Shown: in pieces, positions 31,147-45,855 of the stretch
How positions within the stretch are numbered: the first letter of the stretch is position 1
Layout: each line of letters begins with the position of its first letter
NCBI GenBank assembly: GCA_030141605.1
Contig: JAQGDQ010000007.1
Coordinates: 917,173 to 981,172, forward strand
Origin: Tubiluchus corallicola
Taxonomy: Eukaryota; Animalia; Priapulida
Direction: 5' to 3'
DNA length: 64,000 nt
The notes under the pieces: generated by a model
Seen by the model: the letters and a program-made list of their open reading frames with translations, nothing else
What the model was told of the DNA's origin: nothing
The model's database searches: none
Position numbers and translations under genes: made by a program

Positions 31147-34100
31147 GCATCGCTTTTGAATTTGATTACATAAAGGAGATCTGCAATGTCTTACCATTAT
31201 CAGAAGCGGCTTCATGGTGGGAAGCAAATACTAACACTTCCGTAGCTGGGAATAAAACCACAACTGTCACATGGATGAAAGATCCAATGGAATTATTTGG
31301 CTTTGACAGAGGCGAACACTATTACGTTGGACAGGCAAGCTGCAGCTATCAATGAATCATTTGATTAAAAAGTAACATCATATCGGTTTAATCAAAGTAC
31401 GGTTGTATGATAAAGCCATTGGCTGTAAAAGTAGGTAGTTGTGTATCTTTGTAGCTAGTTAACTGCTGTATACAACACTATGAATACTTTCTCAAACAAA
31501 CTATAAGAGAGAAAATAGAGTACTAAACATGCTGAAAAGTTTCTATTTTTAATAAGTTAAAATAGCATTACTTTTTGTGAAAAGAACGTGTTTCTGATAT
31601 AACAACTGGCGGCGCAGAAAAATATGCTGAAGTTTAGACTAGAAAATGAGTGACCTGCAAAGTTGAAAGTTCAAAGATGATACTACAGTACATTAGCTTT
31701 TAGCTGCGAAAATTACAAGTTTATAGCTTTAGCCGTTTTTTTAGCTATGACCGAAATTTTTTTTGGATGTTAATAACTTAAATTCCGGGACAATGTCAGT
31801 TATATTCATCAACTGAAAAACAGCCAGGTTCACGTACAAAACACTCAATAATACAATAGGCAAAACAACAATAAAAAAATGAAACAGTTTATATCATGGT
31901 CTTCAACACAAGGCATGCGGTTTTCTATTACGGTATCTGGAATCCCTTTAAAGAGAAAGTGTACAATAGCCGGGAATGCACAGAACCGTTTGAGTCAAAG
32001 GAACTAAAGGCAAAAATTGTTGAGGGTTGGCACCAAATACCCGTTAAACAAGTGAGAAAAAGTGTCAGTTCTTGGAAGAAATGCCTTCGTCTAATTTGCA
32101 GTGAAAATAGTGAACGCATAGAGCTGTTGCTGTAAATTTTTCGCAATAGTGACAAAAATTCTTTTCGGCATTTAGTTTTTTGACTTGTCGATTTAAAACT
32201 TCGACAACTATGGACAAATCTGCGGGAGTGACCTAAAGTATTTGACGTATGCACACAAACGGCTGTAACGCCAATCTAGTAATTTCGAAGAGATTCCGTT
32301 ATTTTCCTCTTATATTATAGTGATTAAAATAGCGGCACATTTTTTGCGCCACTGTTAGTATCAAGGGTTTAATTGTGATGATATACTGTAGAATGCCATC
32401 TCGACGCTCGTTAACAGGATCTTTTTCATTTGTTCATTAAAGCGTATTTTTTGTGTTATTACAGAGAATGCATAGAGGATTATTGTGTGATGTTTGGTCA
32501 TTGCGCTTCTTGGACACCGCAAATGTAACTGGGGCACCTGTACTTACTAATCAAACGTGGGAATACTATTTCTTTAACGTAATTAGCTATTTCTACTTTG
32601 TAAAAATTACTACTACATTAGGCTGGAATAAGCGCCAATTTACTTGGTAGATACGCACTTTAGTCCAACTGAAAAAAGGGCTATTTTTTCTGGTGCTATC
32701 ACAGAGTTCCACTCAATCCATAGATTACACAATACTGGTTTTACCGGTCGTGTAATGTAATCGATAACGCGTCTGCTTTCCGTCTGGGAGGTCGAAAGTT
32801 TGAAACCGCGGTCTGGTAATACCAGACTTTAAAAATGGTAAATGCTGTTGCATGCCGTGCTTGGCGCATGGTGTTTGGGGCAAAATTGGGGTAATAATAA
32901 TGACTGGCTTGTGTTGTCTGTTGAATTTAAAGCCGACTTATTATTATTATTATTATTATTATTGCGCTTTTTGCAAACAGCGAAAACTGACTCCATAGTA
33001 ATGCGTACATTTTGCTTCTATCTAAATAAATTAATTCAGATTAAGTAAACTGTGTGACGTATTACGTTTGCCAGCTTTTGAGAATTGTATGTTTTTACAG
33101 AATACTAAAGGAAAGAGTGTGTTTGTTTATCTGGAGTTATGGATAGAAAACAGGGTAAACACATTTTATGCTTTTAATAAGTTTATTTTGAAATCATCGT
33201 ATTTGTCATATAAAAGATGCAACTACTACTAGATTTTATGGTGTTGAATCAAACATGAAGCATGATTGCGAGGTTTATATCCTTCGAATGCTTTAGTTTT
33301 TTTTGGATAGGAGTATTTTGCTATAGCTTATATCATTTTTTACTTTATTTACTTTATTTACATTTTTACTATATATATATTGTCCAAGGGCAGTGAGAAT
33401 TATTGTAATGGTTTGTTTTTATCAAACAGGAAGTTGGTTTCCGCGTGCCATCCTATGTTACCATCGTCGGTTTTTCTGAATACTGGGATGACAAAGAGTT
33501 TGAAGACTCAAAGATATGTTATGAAGAGAAGGACAAAAGACGTCTTGAGTTAACTTTTTACGGTTTGTAGATAATTTGATAAGTTTTGGTAATTATAGTT
33601 TCTGTTGAGAAATTCTAACTATTGACTACACTGACATGCGCGAGTATAGTTCTTTTATCGCTCCAGGTGCTATTGTTACCAAACTTATTACGGCCAGGCA
33701 GTTGACGCTAGGCCCTCTGTACTGTAGTCTCTGCTTGATATCATATTAAGATCTAATGCCACAGTCACCATCAATATGTAGATATGAAAAGCCATAGATG
33801 AAGACTTGTGGTAGTTAATTAATATAAGTAAATGCAGCTACAAATACATTTTTATATTCAACCTGAAAATCCAGCTGAAATTTTGGAATAGCGGAATGGT
33901 GAAAATGGTTTTGTTCATTTAACATTGTGTACTTTCTATCAGTAAGGTGGTTCAAATATGGAGAATTTTTTTACGTTGAGTACTTTCCGTCAGTAAGGGA
34001 AATCAGAGATGGAGAATTTTCAAACACTTTCTTGTAGCTCGTTTTTTATTTAAAATTATTCAATTTTTACTGTCTAAAAAGAATTTTTGTTGAATAGTAA

Positions 34101-37100
34101 GTAAAGGAAAAGACTAAGCAGTTACTCACAATCTTCTGTATATTTCAGGCGTTTATCCGGCAGGAGAACTGAGCGTTTTTAGACATGAACTGAAAGCCGA
34201 AATTTCAAAAACAGCAAAAGTTTCGATTAGAAGAATTGTTAATATGGATCTGGCTACTGATGAACAGAATACCTACGTTACTTTTACTCTGTTGGAGAAT
34301 GTTCCCGATGGTTAACATAAATTTTATTGACGTTCATTATTTTAATTATTATGCTAACATATTTCACCATACTTAAGTTTTATGATTAACTGATTACAAA
34401 AATGTTAAAAAAATACTGGCCGAAATTGTTTAAAACACTAGTAAAGCTATAAAGATTTGTCGAGTACAGAATATTTTTAGTGATATATGATAAAGAAGAA
34501 CTACTTACATCGATGCAGGATAACCAGTCTTAATGTGAGGCAACCAAAGATTTTACGTGACGTTTATCTAGTACACTTCATAGAGATAATTTCGACTAGA
34601 CGAAGACTCGCTGTTTGTCGGTTTTTGTTACAGTGTGTTTTGTTAACAGCCATACTATTTTGTTTTACTTCTGTAGGAGTTTTCTGCAATGCTTACATGA
34701 GCTTTTGTCACATCTCGTATAATGCTCAAACGAAATGCTTCGTTTTTTCCTAAAAATACAAATTTCAAAAATACTTTGATTTAAATGCAGCATAATTACA
34801 TGTTAGCAAATATGAATTATTTTTTGATCTTGTAATTTTTCATTTTGTCGTGGTACTGCATGTATTAGTAAGCTTGTAGGATGTGATATGAGCAAAATGC
34901 ATGTCTGGCTTTGTTAAAGGAAATGGTAGGTTTTAGTTTGCAAAAGCTTAATCTGTGAACAATGGGTTTTCAGGTGACCATTTGCTGGATTATGACGTGT
35001 TGACGGAACTACAGAAAGCTGGGCCAGGTGACAAGGAGTTCGATGAAGAGATGACACCAGAAGAATGTGCTGCGAGATGCGATGCTGAGATAGAGTTTGA
35101 GTGTCGGAGCTTCGGATCGTGCAAATCAGATATTGCCGTAAAACCATGCTATTTGTACAAGTACCATCCTAATGATATGACACCCGGTGCATTTTTACCC
35201 ATGGTCTTTTGTGATTATTACTACAGTAAGTCAGTAAGTTTTTTAATAAAATAAATCTTTAGGTATTAAAATTTAAACAACAAAGTTAGCAAAAAAGCAA
35301 CAAAAATATGTGAAAAGACGAGTTAACGATTAGCTATTGGGCTGGGGTCTGAACCTGTGACCTTTGTATTACAAGCCTAACATTTTAACCACTAGATATT
35401 AAATTTATTTTTTTTTAGGAAAATGAGTAAACTAAGTTTTGCTGGAGAGCTGTTATATAGACGCAGGGCTTTGGAGTTATTCACTTGCTTTTGAATTGCA
35501 ACTCACTTAATGCGTACTGCGACAAATAAATATAGACTATACACACAGGGAAAACAAAAACAAACATAATGGCGTCTATCAATTAGTCTTTTATTTTTTT
35601 CTAGGAACTGTAATAGAAAGTGGGGTGCATAAGACAAATCTGTACGCAATAACTGCCTTGGAAAGTGCAGTATTTTATAATCGCTTCTTTGTTATTCATA
35701 CCCTGGCAAATGGCACGGTAAGAAAATTCGCACAAGTTTTTCGAATTACGAGATATAATTGTCTTTATTTATATATCGCAAGATGTGTTCGAAATTTTAC
35801 GTTGCACATACTTTAATGTCAGCCATAGAAAATAATTCGGATTATAATTGCAAAGTCAGTGATGGCAACGATACTATAGTTGTTTGTAACGGTATAGTGT
35901 TTTAAATTTGTTTCATAGTACTGTTGTTGACAATATTATTACTGTGGCACTTGATGATAACCATGTCAATGCAGGCCAATGAAAGACGTTCAAAATAGGT
36001 TACATAGCTGACTTTAAGGTTGGTTGTTGCACTTTCATATAATTAGTCAAATCCACTTCCAAAGTTAGTCAATTTGTGGATTCTATGTACTTAAACAAAC
36101 TTTCAACTTACCCACACTTTGTTAAAAAATTTCTCGCAGTTAAAATGAGTTATTACTTAACAATACTTGCTTTATTTTACAGACGGCAATGTATAGAGCA
36201 ATGAATATACGAGAAATTGGCGTCGATACTGGAGGAGGTATTTCAAACTAATAATTATTTAGGCATTTAGGCCTATATTTATTGTTATAGAATTATATTT
36301 TGATACCTTAGTTTCCATTTTCTGGTTAAAAGTGTCATTTAGGTAATCTAAGTCAAGTCCTTAAGGATCACCTGATTAGGCACTGCGTCATTTATAGAAT
36401 GGTTTAGCAGATCTATCGTAAATCCATAAAGCTTTTTGCAATCTTTGTTTTGAGTCTTACTGACAAAGAACCTGCAATTCAAAGGGTGACAAACTTGGTG
36501 CAAAAAAATCTAGGAATGACCTAAAAGAGGGAGGCATTTAAACCTCATCTGACGCATATCTACGAAACTAGTGAGAATTTTTCTTCAGTTTTGCTAAGCA
36601 GGTATTTAAAGATTTTAAGTGATGAATTTGGTGCCTAAGAATTGCACGTTTTTACTAATCAGCATATTTCCCCCAAGTTTGCATTTCATATACTTTATAT
36701 GTGCCGAAATTATCTATAAAATAACACATTACAAAAATTCTTTACCGTACTCAGAATGTGGTTTTAATGTAATTTACTGGCAATTTTAGGAAGCTTCTTG
36801 AACCAATTCCACCACTTAAGAATGTAATTTTTACATCGGGAACATTTGGCACCAATTCTGTGTCAGTAGTTAATGAACTTTAAGATGTAGTTTAAACTTA
36901 CTGAACACTTGCTGTTTAATGCATCAACTGAAAAACACACGCATCAACATTTAGAGCTTTCCACTGGACTATAAAAGCACTCCAGCTCTCGAACGTTTTG
37001 TACTCGACATGCAAGGAAGTAAGACCATCTCTGTCAGCTCCTGCTTTACCAGGTCCGAACGTTTTGAAGATCAGGTGGTATCGAACATACAACCTTCACG

Positions 37101-40100
37101 GAAAATGAGCAGTATTTTATAAATTTAAACTCTACAGCTGTACCTGAACTATAAAACTTTAACTCTGAACTGACTGGTTCATTCTTTATAAATTTTGTAG
37201 GTTGTAGTACATTGTGCAGGACAATTTCGTAAATACTTCTAATAAACAAACGTTGGTTTTCAGAGCAGTTCGTGGTGGGTTACGAGGAAATGACGCTAAC
37301 CAGTTCCAGGGTAATAGTGGGCGTGACACTGGAAGGTTGTGAAAGCGAGTGCGTGAATGCTCTGGATGAAAAGGTATTCATTTAAGCTTTTCCACAAACT
37401 TGTATATATGATACAGCGCTTTTAAAATTGTCTTTGTTTACATGACTATAGTCTCCAATAGTTGAGCATGGTCTGTTTGTAATTGCATGGATGAGCATCT
37501 GAACAAGGGTCATGTTCGGTTATGTAGATTCATACACAAAAGCGGGAACAAATTATCCACGTAAATGTTATTTTGTCAAATTCCTCTATTTGCTACACTG
37601 TTTAGCGTAATTCGTCTGTGTGAGTAATTTTTAAACTCACTTTTCAACGTGCACTATCAAATTTAGTCTGCGTTAGACTAATTTTCGACACAGACCAATT
37701 ACATTTTTTTTATTCCAATGCGATGCTTATTTTCAATTAAATTTAAACGACTGAACCTTAGAGCGGACTTTTCAATCAGAATCTTCTTCAGCGGACTCAA
37801 ACTCGGAGCGTGAAGTTTCTTTATCAACCTTTTGCCTTATTCTGTAGCCCCACACAGAATATTTTCGAAAACAGACTAATTTAATCCAGGAAAAAAGACG
37901 CAAAAAGTACACTTTAAAATTACTCTGTGTGAGACTATGTTTTCGCACAGACTAATTTTCACACATACTAACTACATTAAACAATGTAGCAGTTTACTTG
38001 CAGTGAAGCTTGTAATCTGTTCTATTCCACCATTTCTCCTAATGAAATGCCGGATGGCTCGTAGGAATTCGTTATAAATTCACGTTTGTTGAATATTGAC
38101 TGTTTTTGCAAACGTTAGTATTTTCTGCTTTCCTGATGAATTGTTAAAACAGTGTCAAGTGATGAAAATACGTATTCGTATTTTTCATAGCATGTATCAT
38201 ACGATTTTTGAACTTTCTAAAATCAATATTATTGCGTGATCAATGCCTTTTTTAGTATAAATGTAAAAAGGATAGACAATATTTTTTGACTTAAATGATA
38301 TTATTTAAAAACTAGATAAGATATGAGTGTTTGCCTATTTTAGAATTATTTCTTTTTTAGCTCGTTAAAAATATTGTCGACTTAACATTTCGTTGCTCTA
38401 AGGCATCAGAACTAATTTTTTCTTATTAGACAAAGACAAAATACATGCCTTTTATTTTGATTACAGTGCGAGTCATTTAGCTACTGCCCGTCACTGCTAG
38501 AGTGTCGATTAACGAGTGACTTCATAGATGAAATACCTTCAAGTGGTATGGGTCCCATGGATTCTTGTACCATCTTCGGACGTGAGTGATTAAATTTTTA
38601 TCTCAATAGCGAGGAAATGGTTAATAAATTAATAATTAACTTTCGTATGTGACATTTTCTAATAAAGCTTTAACCGAAACTTGCTGTTTTATCCTCCTTT
38701 TGAGTGGATTGATGAGCTATCGTAGCGAACTATACTTTTGCTTGGTTAAGTAGGATTGAACCAAGACCGAAATGGATGGGTGGCTGCTGAAAGAACTGTA
38801 TGTGAGAGTTTGATCTACTTACTTCCTATGCTGTTTATTTCATTGAGACACCTACACTCACCAGAACCTGTGGCTATGGCACCATTGACGGTTCAGTTCA
38901 ATTTTTTGCCACACCTGTTCAAAATTAAAGTACTTTACTGTTGAATTCTAGTTTTTTAGCATGCAGTTTGCTGAACTTTGCTGAATAAAAATTTTGATGT
39001 TAAACTTTACTGCTTATTCAGTTTGTAACAGTTTGCTTTCTTTGTCCTTTCAACAGAGCTCCTTATCTGGATTTCTCTGATTCCACTTGCTATCTGTACT
39101 ATCGATTTTCTTATTTTTGAGCGTTGCAAAAGGCAGGTATGATTTCTGGTCTCTAATGGATGGACAAAGAATGAGTGAATGAATGATCGGGTGCTTAATT
39201 TCTCAGGTGTATGTTGAGAATTAGAGCTTCGGCCTTCCAAATGGTTCATAATCAGGTGCTAATGCAAAAAATGCATAGTTCTTGCAATGGACACCTAGAA
39301 CTCATAACTTTTGAGAAGTTCATAAGCGAGTCTGAGCTGCAAACCTGTTCAATTTAGCTGAATATCGAGACAGTAGGCAAAAAATGAGAAAGTGCTAGTA
39401 AAGAACTACAAATAAAGAAAAAAGTTTCGCTTTGTTGATAGAAAAAGGCTTTGGTGGTTTTACAAAAAGGAGCGAACCAACCCATGCTATTCGTGGCGGG
39501 ATTTGAATTTTGCTGTGCGACATGCAATAAACTCCAGTATTTTTAAATCTAATTTGTTTGCATTTGAAAACCTTTAGAGTCATAATTATGTTTCTGTCAC
39601 TAATTTTTAGGAAGTTATTTAACTGCTTTTATTCACCATCCCGGAAAAGTTCTTCCTGTCGAACCTGATAAGGTTGAAGACGTAGACACGGCTGATAAAT
39701 GCGCCCAAACGTGCTATAGTGATGTAAGTTACTTCTATTAATAGGTGGCACTTTTTATATTAATTTTTATTATTACATTTTGGACCACTGATGTTCTCAT
39801 ACAATTTTCCTTAGCTTGTTTATCTTTCGATTCAATGCTGCGTTTGTTAAATGAATGGTCACGCATCATTGCACTATTGTTGTTATTTCTTTTTATTAGT
39901 GAATAGTTATTTGTCAAAAATGCTTATATGTTAACAGAGAAGGGGTGGGGAAGGGGCCAAAAGACGTAGAGAATAGATATGAGTGATTGAGAAACAAAGG
40001 ACCTACAAGATCAGTATGCAAACTGTTAAATGATTTGAAACACTTAAACAGCGAGAAAAGTCAACACCTACCCGCCGATTGTTTGTAACTACAAGAATTT

Positions 40101-43100
40101 TCAGAAATCCCTCCTTCAGAAATTTGGGATGATGAAAATGGAATGCCGTATGTTAGAATAGCCTTGTATATGCTTGTATGTCTTTATGACGCAATCTTGC
40201 ACCGTTTTAAATTAAATAAAAAATCTTTTCTTTGAATTGTCCTCGAAATAGCAAGCAAGATGAAATAGCACATCAACGTAAAACTCTAAAATGGTCTTTT
40301 GCTATGTACGCAGTACAAAATATTTCTCTATTAACATTTTGTGTGTCCTCTGATTTCTAGCGAACTTATTTACGCTCCTAATATTAACCGTAAAGACTGA
40401 TAATTCCAGCGGGTGGCATTGGATCCACCTATGGAGTTATCATTTAATCCACCTATTTTACTCCATTTTGAACAGCATTTTTGGTAAACTGACATCTAGT
40501 GGAATAATCGGGGCCACCGGATGAACTCCCAAATTCTAGTCATTGAGTTTGGCAGACTTTCTTTTAATATTTGTTTGATTATTTTCAGAAAGAGTTGCCT
40601 TGTTTGTCGTTCGAATTCTGCTCGTATGATGAACAAGGGACTAAGGACATCGTGCTTACCAAATGTTACATGTTTAAAACACATCTTTTGGATTACGGAT
40701 CTTCGACAAATCTTACAGAAAATGCACCATGCGATTTTTACACTAGTAAGAAATTAAAATGTTGTAGTAAGTTTATAAAATGTTTGTTTTACTCTTTTGA
40801 AAAAGCGCAGTCAAGAGGTCTTTATGTAAAGGCAAATACGTTATTGGTTAAGTATTGTGTAAATACGAATGATGTTCAAATAGTATACGTCAATTTTTTC
40901 GCATGTGCCTTAATGTGCAACTTTTTCCAATACAACTACACTTTTTAAAGGTGGCTCACAATAGGGCATTTCGTAGGCTCTTCGTGGGATTATATAGTGT
41001 ATGAGAAAAATTGGTAAATTTTAATATTCCTAACTATGAAACTACACGAAATATAACAGGATCCTACTTTGCACATCACAAAACATATATATGAACGAAT
41101 TTGTACAAACTACATTTTGCACTATGAGGTCAACATCTTTTACCATTTTAATGGTGACTTTTGTTGGGTTTTATGCATCTGTGTGTTGTATTTTTTAATG
41201 ATCTGTCTTGTGTTCTACGTTTTCTGTTCTGGGTGTATGTATGTATATATAGGTAAATATTTTATTAGTTTCTATTGTAATTTTATAGTATAGCTGAGTT
41301 TTTGCTAATTTGTTACATAACGCTGTGTGCTTTTAAATGTATTTAAATGAAATAAATTTAAAATAAAAAAATAATAAATTTGTTAGGCTGTATATAACTA
41401 TGAGGCGCCTATACAAGTCCTTTAACGTTAAAGGTTGTTTTAATAATTACTCGTGATTTATATTTTTACCCGTTAACAATTTTATTATTATTCCAAAATC
41501 TTTTAGGAGGCTACTTGGTCGACTTTACCAAATACCAAAACAAATCGCTTTATGTAGAAGACGGGTCAAGCCAAGAACTGTATATCCAAGAATCCTATCC
41601 AGATGAGTGTGCTAAGTTTTGTGTAGAGGTTTGTGCTCTAAGAAACAACATTAACATAGACGTTTATTCGTATAGTAATAATATTACAGATAAAACACTA
41701 ATAATAAAGGCTTAAAAATGACTTCGTTTCTAACTCAAGTAATGGTTATAATTGTGTTGACGATGAAGATGAGTGTGTTTATTTTTTATTATGTGTGACG
41801 TTGAAGTGTGTTTATTTTTTATTATGTGTAACGCAAGAAAAGTAAATTAGATCACATGTTAGTCACTTCTCAAAAATTTTTATGAGCTTACAAGAAGATT
41901 AGAGGAAATCCAAAAACCCAAAGGAACTTATTCCCACGGATTGTGACAGTTGCAGTAATGGAATAGTAATGAGAGCAGACAGGTCGACTGACAGATGGAC
42001 GTAAAGATAGATAGATGGATAGGTAGCAGATAGATAGGCAGGCCTACTAGTAGAGTACCATGGGCTATCCATGCGTGCCTCTGATTATATGGTTATACGG
42101 CATTTTCTCACTTGATGAGTGAATGGCCAGTTTCTCGACAGTATTTAGCAGATTCTGGATACCTTGTCTGCAGTATCTTACACGTTTGTATGCGTTTAGC
42201 AGAGAATAATAATATAGTTGCTACTATACGCTATTTTTCCTAAGCTGGAATTACCAAAACTGCTCGCACTTACAGGTCAATGTATTTTTACTAAAGTACT
42301 GTAACAAAATCATTTACACTTTATGTACGTGAATTTTATGTGTATGAAGCGCAGCCATATTTAGATACTATCACTAAGTGAAATATCGACCTAGGCTAAA
42401 GAGCTACATTTACTCGCGTTAAATGCAAAACCATTTCTATGTTTAGGAGTCCAACTTTGACTGTCGCTCGTTCGATATGTGTACAGGACGTCCAGGATTA
42501 GTTGCAACTTACTGCATACTCGAATCCGCTAATCTCCAAGATTCCAATGCACAACTCGAAGACTACATGTTATGTGATCATTATTCACGTATGGATTTAA
42601 ACAGTTTTAGTATCACTAAGTATTGTCAATTTTAATCTTTAAAACGAATTCACAGTTGTGAAAACAATGTAGCTTGTTTTCCTATTTCACTCCATAAGCG
42701 TAGAGTTTGCCAGTCAGCACAGTATTAGTAATTTTAATAAGCCTTCATGCAGCTTACTGATTTGGCTACGTAGCATTTTGAATCTTATTTGTAGAATGCA
42801 TTCTTATTTCTAATTATTCTTCCGATGTATGTGTTTTTCTAAGCCTTTCTACAAAATCATCTGTCTAGCGTTAGTAAATTTCCAACGGCATTCTGCCCAG
42901 ATGTAGGGTGTGAAAGATTTTAGGTTATTTACTTTAGTGTTCACTCATTCTTTACCCTACCCCCCCCCATACTCTCTTTTTAAACTGTATTCATGTGGTC
43001 CTGACTTGGCGTCTTTATGTCATGTTATACTGACAGGGCAAGCTTACCTTGTCTTTTGGCAGTCTGTTCTTGGCTAGGAAAGTTGTTGTTGTTGTTTACC

Positions 43101-45811
43101 CAGTTAAACCATTTATTTATCAAGAATACCAGAGCCATGATGATGTTACTCAGTGTTTCATTATTACTAATAGCTTTATTTTTAAGCCCAAATTAGTTTG
43201 TTATATCTTGTTATGATTTTCTCACAGGTAAAACGTAGTAAAGCTAGTGAAACATGATTTTTTTTACTTTGGGCATCATGAAGTAACAGTCTCTCACATA
43301 GGGCTTATATGTACCTGTGAGCCAGTTCTTTTATAATAATTAGTATAGCCTCCTTAAATGAAGCACGAGGCAGCTTTAGTGGGAAAATATTAGTAAAAAA
43401 GTTATAACCAATTAGTAATAAAAGGAGGTTTAATTGCAGTAAATGTAGTAACAGTTTGTTTGTGTATACTTAGTAACAGAGCTATCTGTTTTTTGAAAAA
43501 CCGGTTGATATTAGCGAAGTGTTGGCTTTGATGCGTGCTTTAGTAATTTGTGCATGGTGTCATTTGTGCAGATTTGGTTGGTTCGCCAGTTGCACTTCAC
43601 TCTGATTACCAAAGTGCACCATTGCGTCTTTCAGATTTTCGGAAGACGAAACAATGGGTTACTCGTTTATTGATTTTTTTCTGCTCAACTATCTGGATAT
43701 GTCATTTAGAATGCCATTTAGATTGTCACAGTATCCTTTTGATGAATAAGTTTATTAGAACGCCGTTTGGCGTTGCCATAGAATTCGTTTTGTCGCAAAA
43801 TTTAGAATAAAATTTACTCCATTGTGACGCCACAGTATAAAACTGGCTAAGAACTTATTGTTATTGTGGGAGCAACAAGAACGAGACCGGCTTCACGGCG
43901 AATAAGATCTGGCTACAAGATTAGCTTGCCAGCGAGTAACCGAAAACCAATGAACTGCAATAATTGATGGAAGTTTTGGATGTTTTAGGCGACCGATATC
44001 TGGATGGAACACTTGTAGGGAGTAATTCACATATGGTATGTGAAGTTAAGCCTGACAACGAAACCATTACTCCAACTGAAAACCCACCCGGGTTGTCTAC
44101 AGGTATTTGTTGTAAACTACTAAAAAATTAGTAAATAGTATGATCTTCGAAGAACATGCTTTTATAAGTCATAAAATCATCGGATTCGTATGCATATGTT
44201 TGTGTGACAGTTTGTGGGAATAAAACTAACATATTATAACTAGTCTAGGGTAATTTAACGTCAGTGTCTCAAATCTAAAGCTCGGCTCACATGTTCTCCG
44301 TGAGTGTGAGCGACTAAACAGGAAACACTAAACAGACAGAGCTCGTAATTTACTAACATAACAGGGTAATCATTTCTGCTAATTTCATCACCAAGCGTTT
44401 GGGTTCATGTTGGGGCAATTCTCCTATAGGACCCGATCATTTTACTAAACATAATCATCGAGTTGTTAATCGTAAAACGTTTACACTAAGTTTGAAATAG
44501 AACTATTAAACACACGGATGCTGTGCAAATCATGCAGTATATTATTAAACAAGAACAAAGCAAAGAACAATTGTACATAGAGGAGAAAACAATACCTACT
44601 ACCTACTGGGCCCAGATTTAACAAGCAGCAAGGAGTATACTCATGTTTATATGTAGTTCCCGATGGCCGGCTCTTCCAGGATGCACCAAGGACGGTTTAC
44701 AGTCCCAAAGCCACGATCCCCTACTGGAATAAGGAGGAGCTCCACAATGTAGCCGATCCATGAGTCCTTACACGCCACAAGTAGTTTAATCTGGAATCGT
44801 AGTTGTATCTCTGCGTCTCCTCTACCGCCGAATAGCGTAACCAGGATACTGTGAACTCCACCACTATGGGAACACTCCACCAATGCTCTGAAAGTTTCAG
44901 AATCCCTCCCAGGGTGGGTTGTCCAAGAGTTCCTCTAAGTGAAATATGACAAGGCAATTACTTCACTCCTGAGTCGTGCTGGTGCTACGTAAACGGTGTC
45001 GATACAACATTGTGCATTTAACTATTGTCTCTCACAGGACATCAACTGAATTTTGCCATTAATGCCAAAATAAAACTCATAGACAAAACGTGTCTCAAAC
45101 ATATGACGAACAGAAGAAAGGTACCAACTATGGTGACCAGGTAAAAACGGCCTAGATAGACATCCGTTTAACAAAAAATTCGGTACCTGAATGAGGTGGG
45201 CAAACATTAGCCTAGATGGAATGACCTTGTATATAATGCATAGTATCCAATGGCTTCTATACTGTTCAAAATCTTATAGTGATGAATGGCCTTGTATATC
45301 GGCCAGTTAGTTAGCGGTCATGCATCGCATGGCCGTGACAGTTTGTATAATGCCTAATAAAATTTTAAGCTTATTTGCTTGTTATTTAGAAAATTTTGAC
45401 AGTATAGTGGGCGTATTCTTGAACATATCTTACTATACTGACTGATACTTCCAAATTATACGTCCATTAACTACCTGATTAGGTATTTTTAGAAAATCGA
45501 GTATTTCTTAGCATATTTATTTTCGTTTTATTTTGAAGTTCTTTGGCACGTGAGGGGCCATTAGAAAAATGCACAGTAAATCAGCAGCTTACTCTGTTTT
45601 TGTTCATTGACAGTTAGTGCTGTTTAGCTTCGTTTACTATTAAAAACTGATTTAGACTTTAGAAGTGCTGCAAGTCACAAGCGCATAACAGAATTTAGCC
45701 ATTGTAATGTCTAATGTTTGTTTTCAGGTATATTAGGTTTTACTCTGCCAGTGTCTTAACAGTTAATATACATAATAGTATGCGTGATTAGCATATACAT
45801 ATAATAAATAT

Positions 45812-45855
<44 letters not shown>

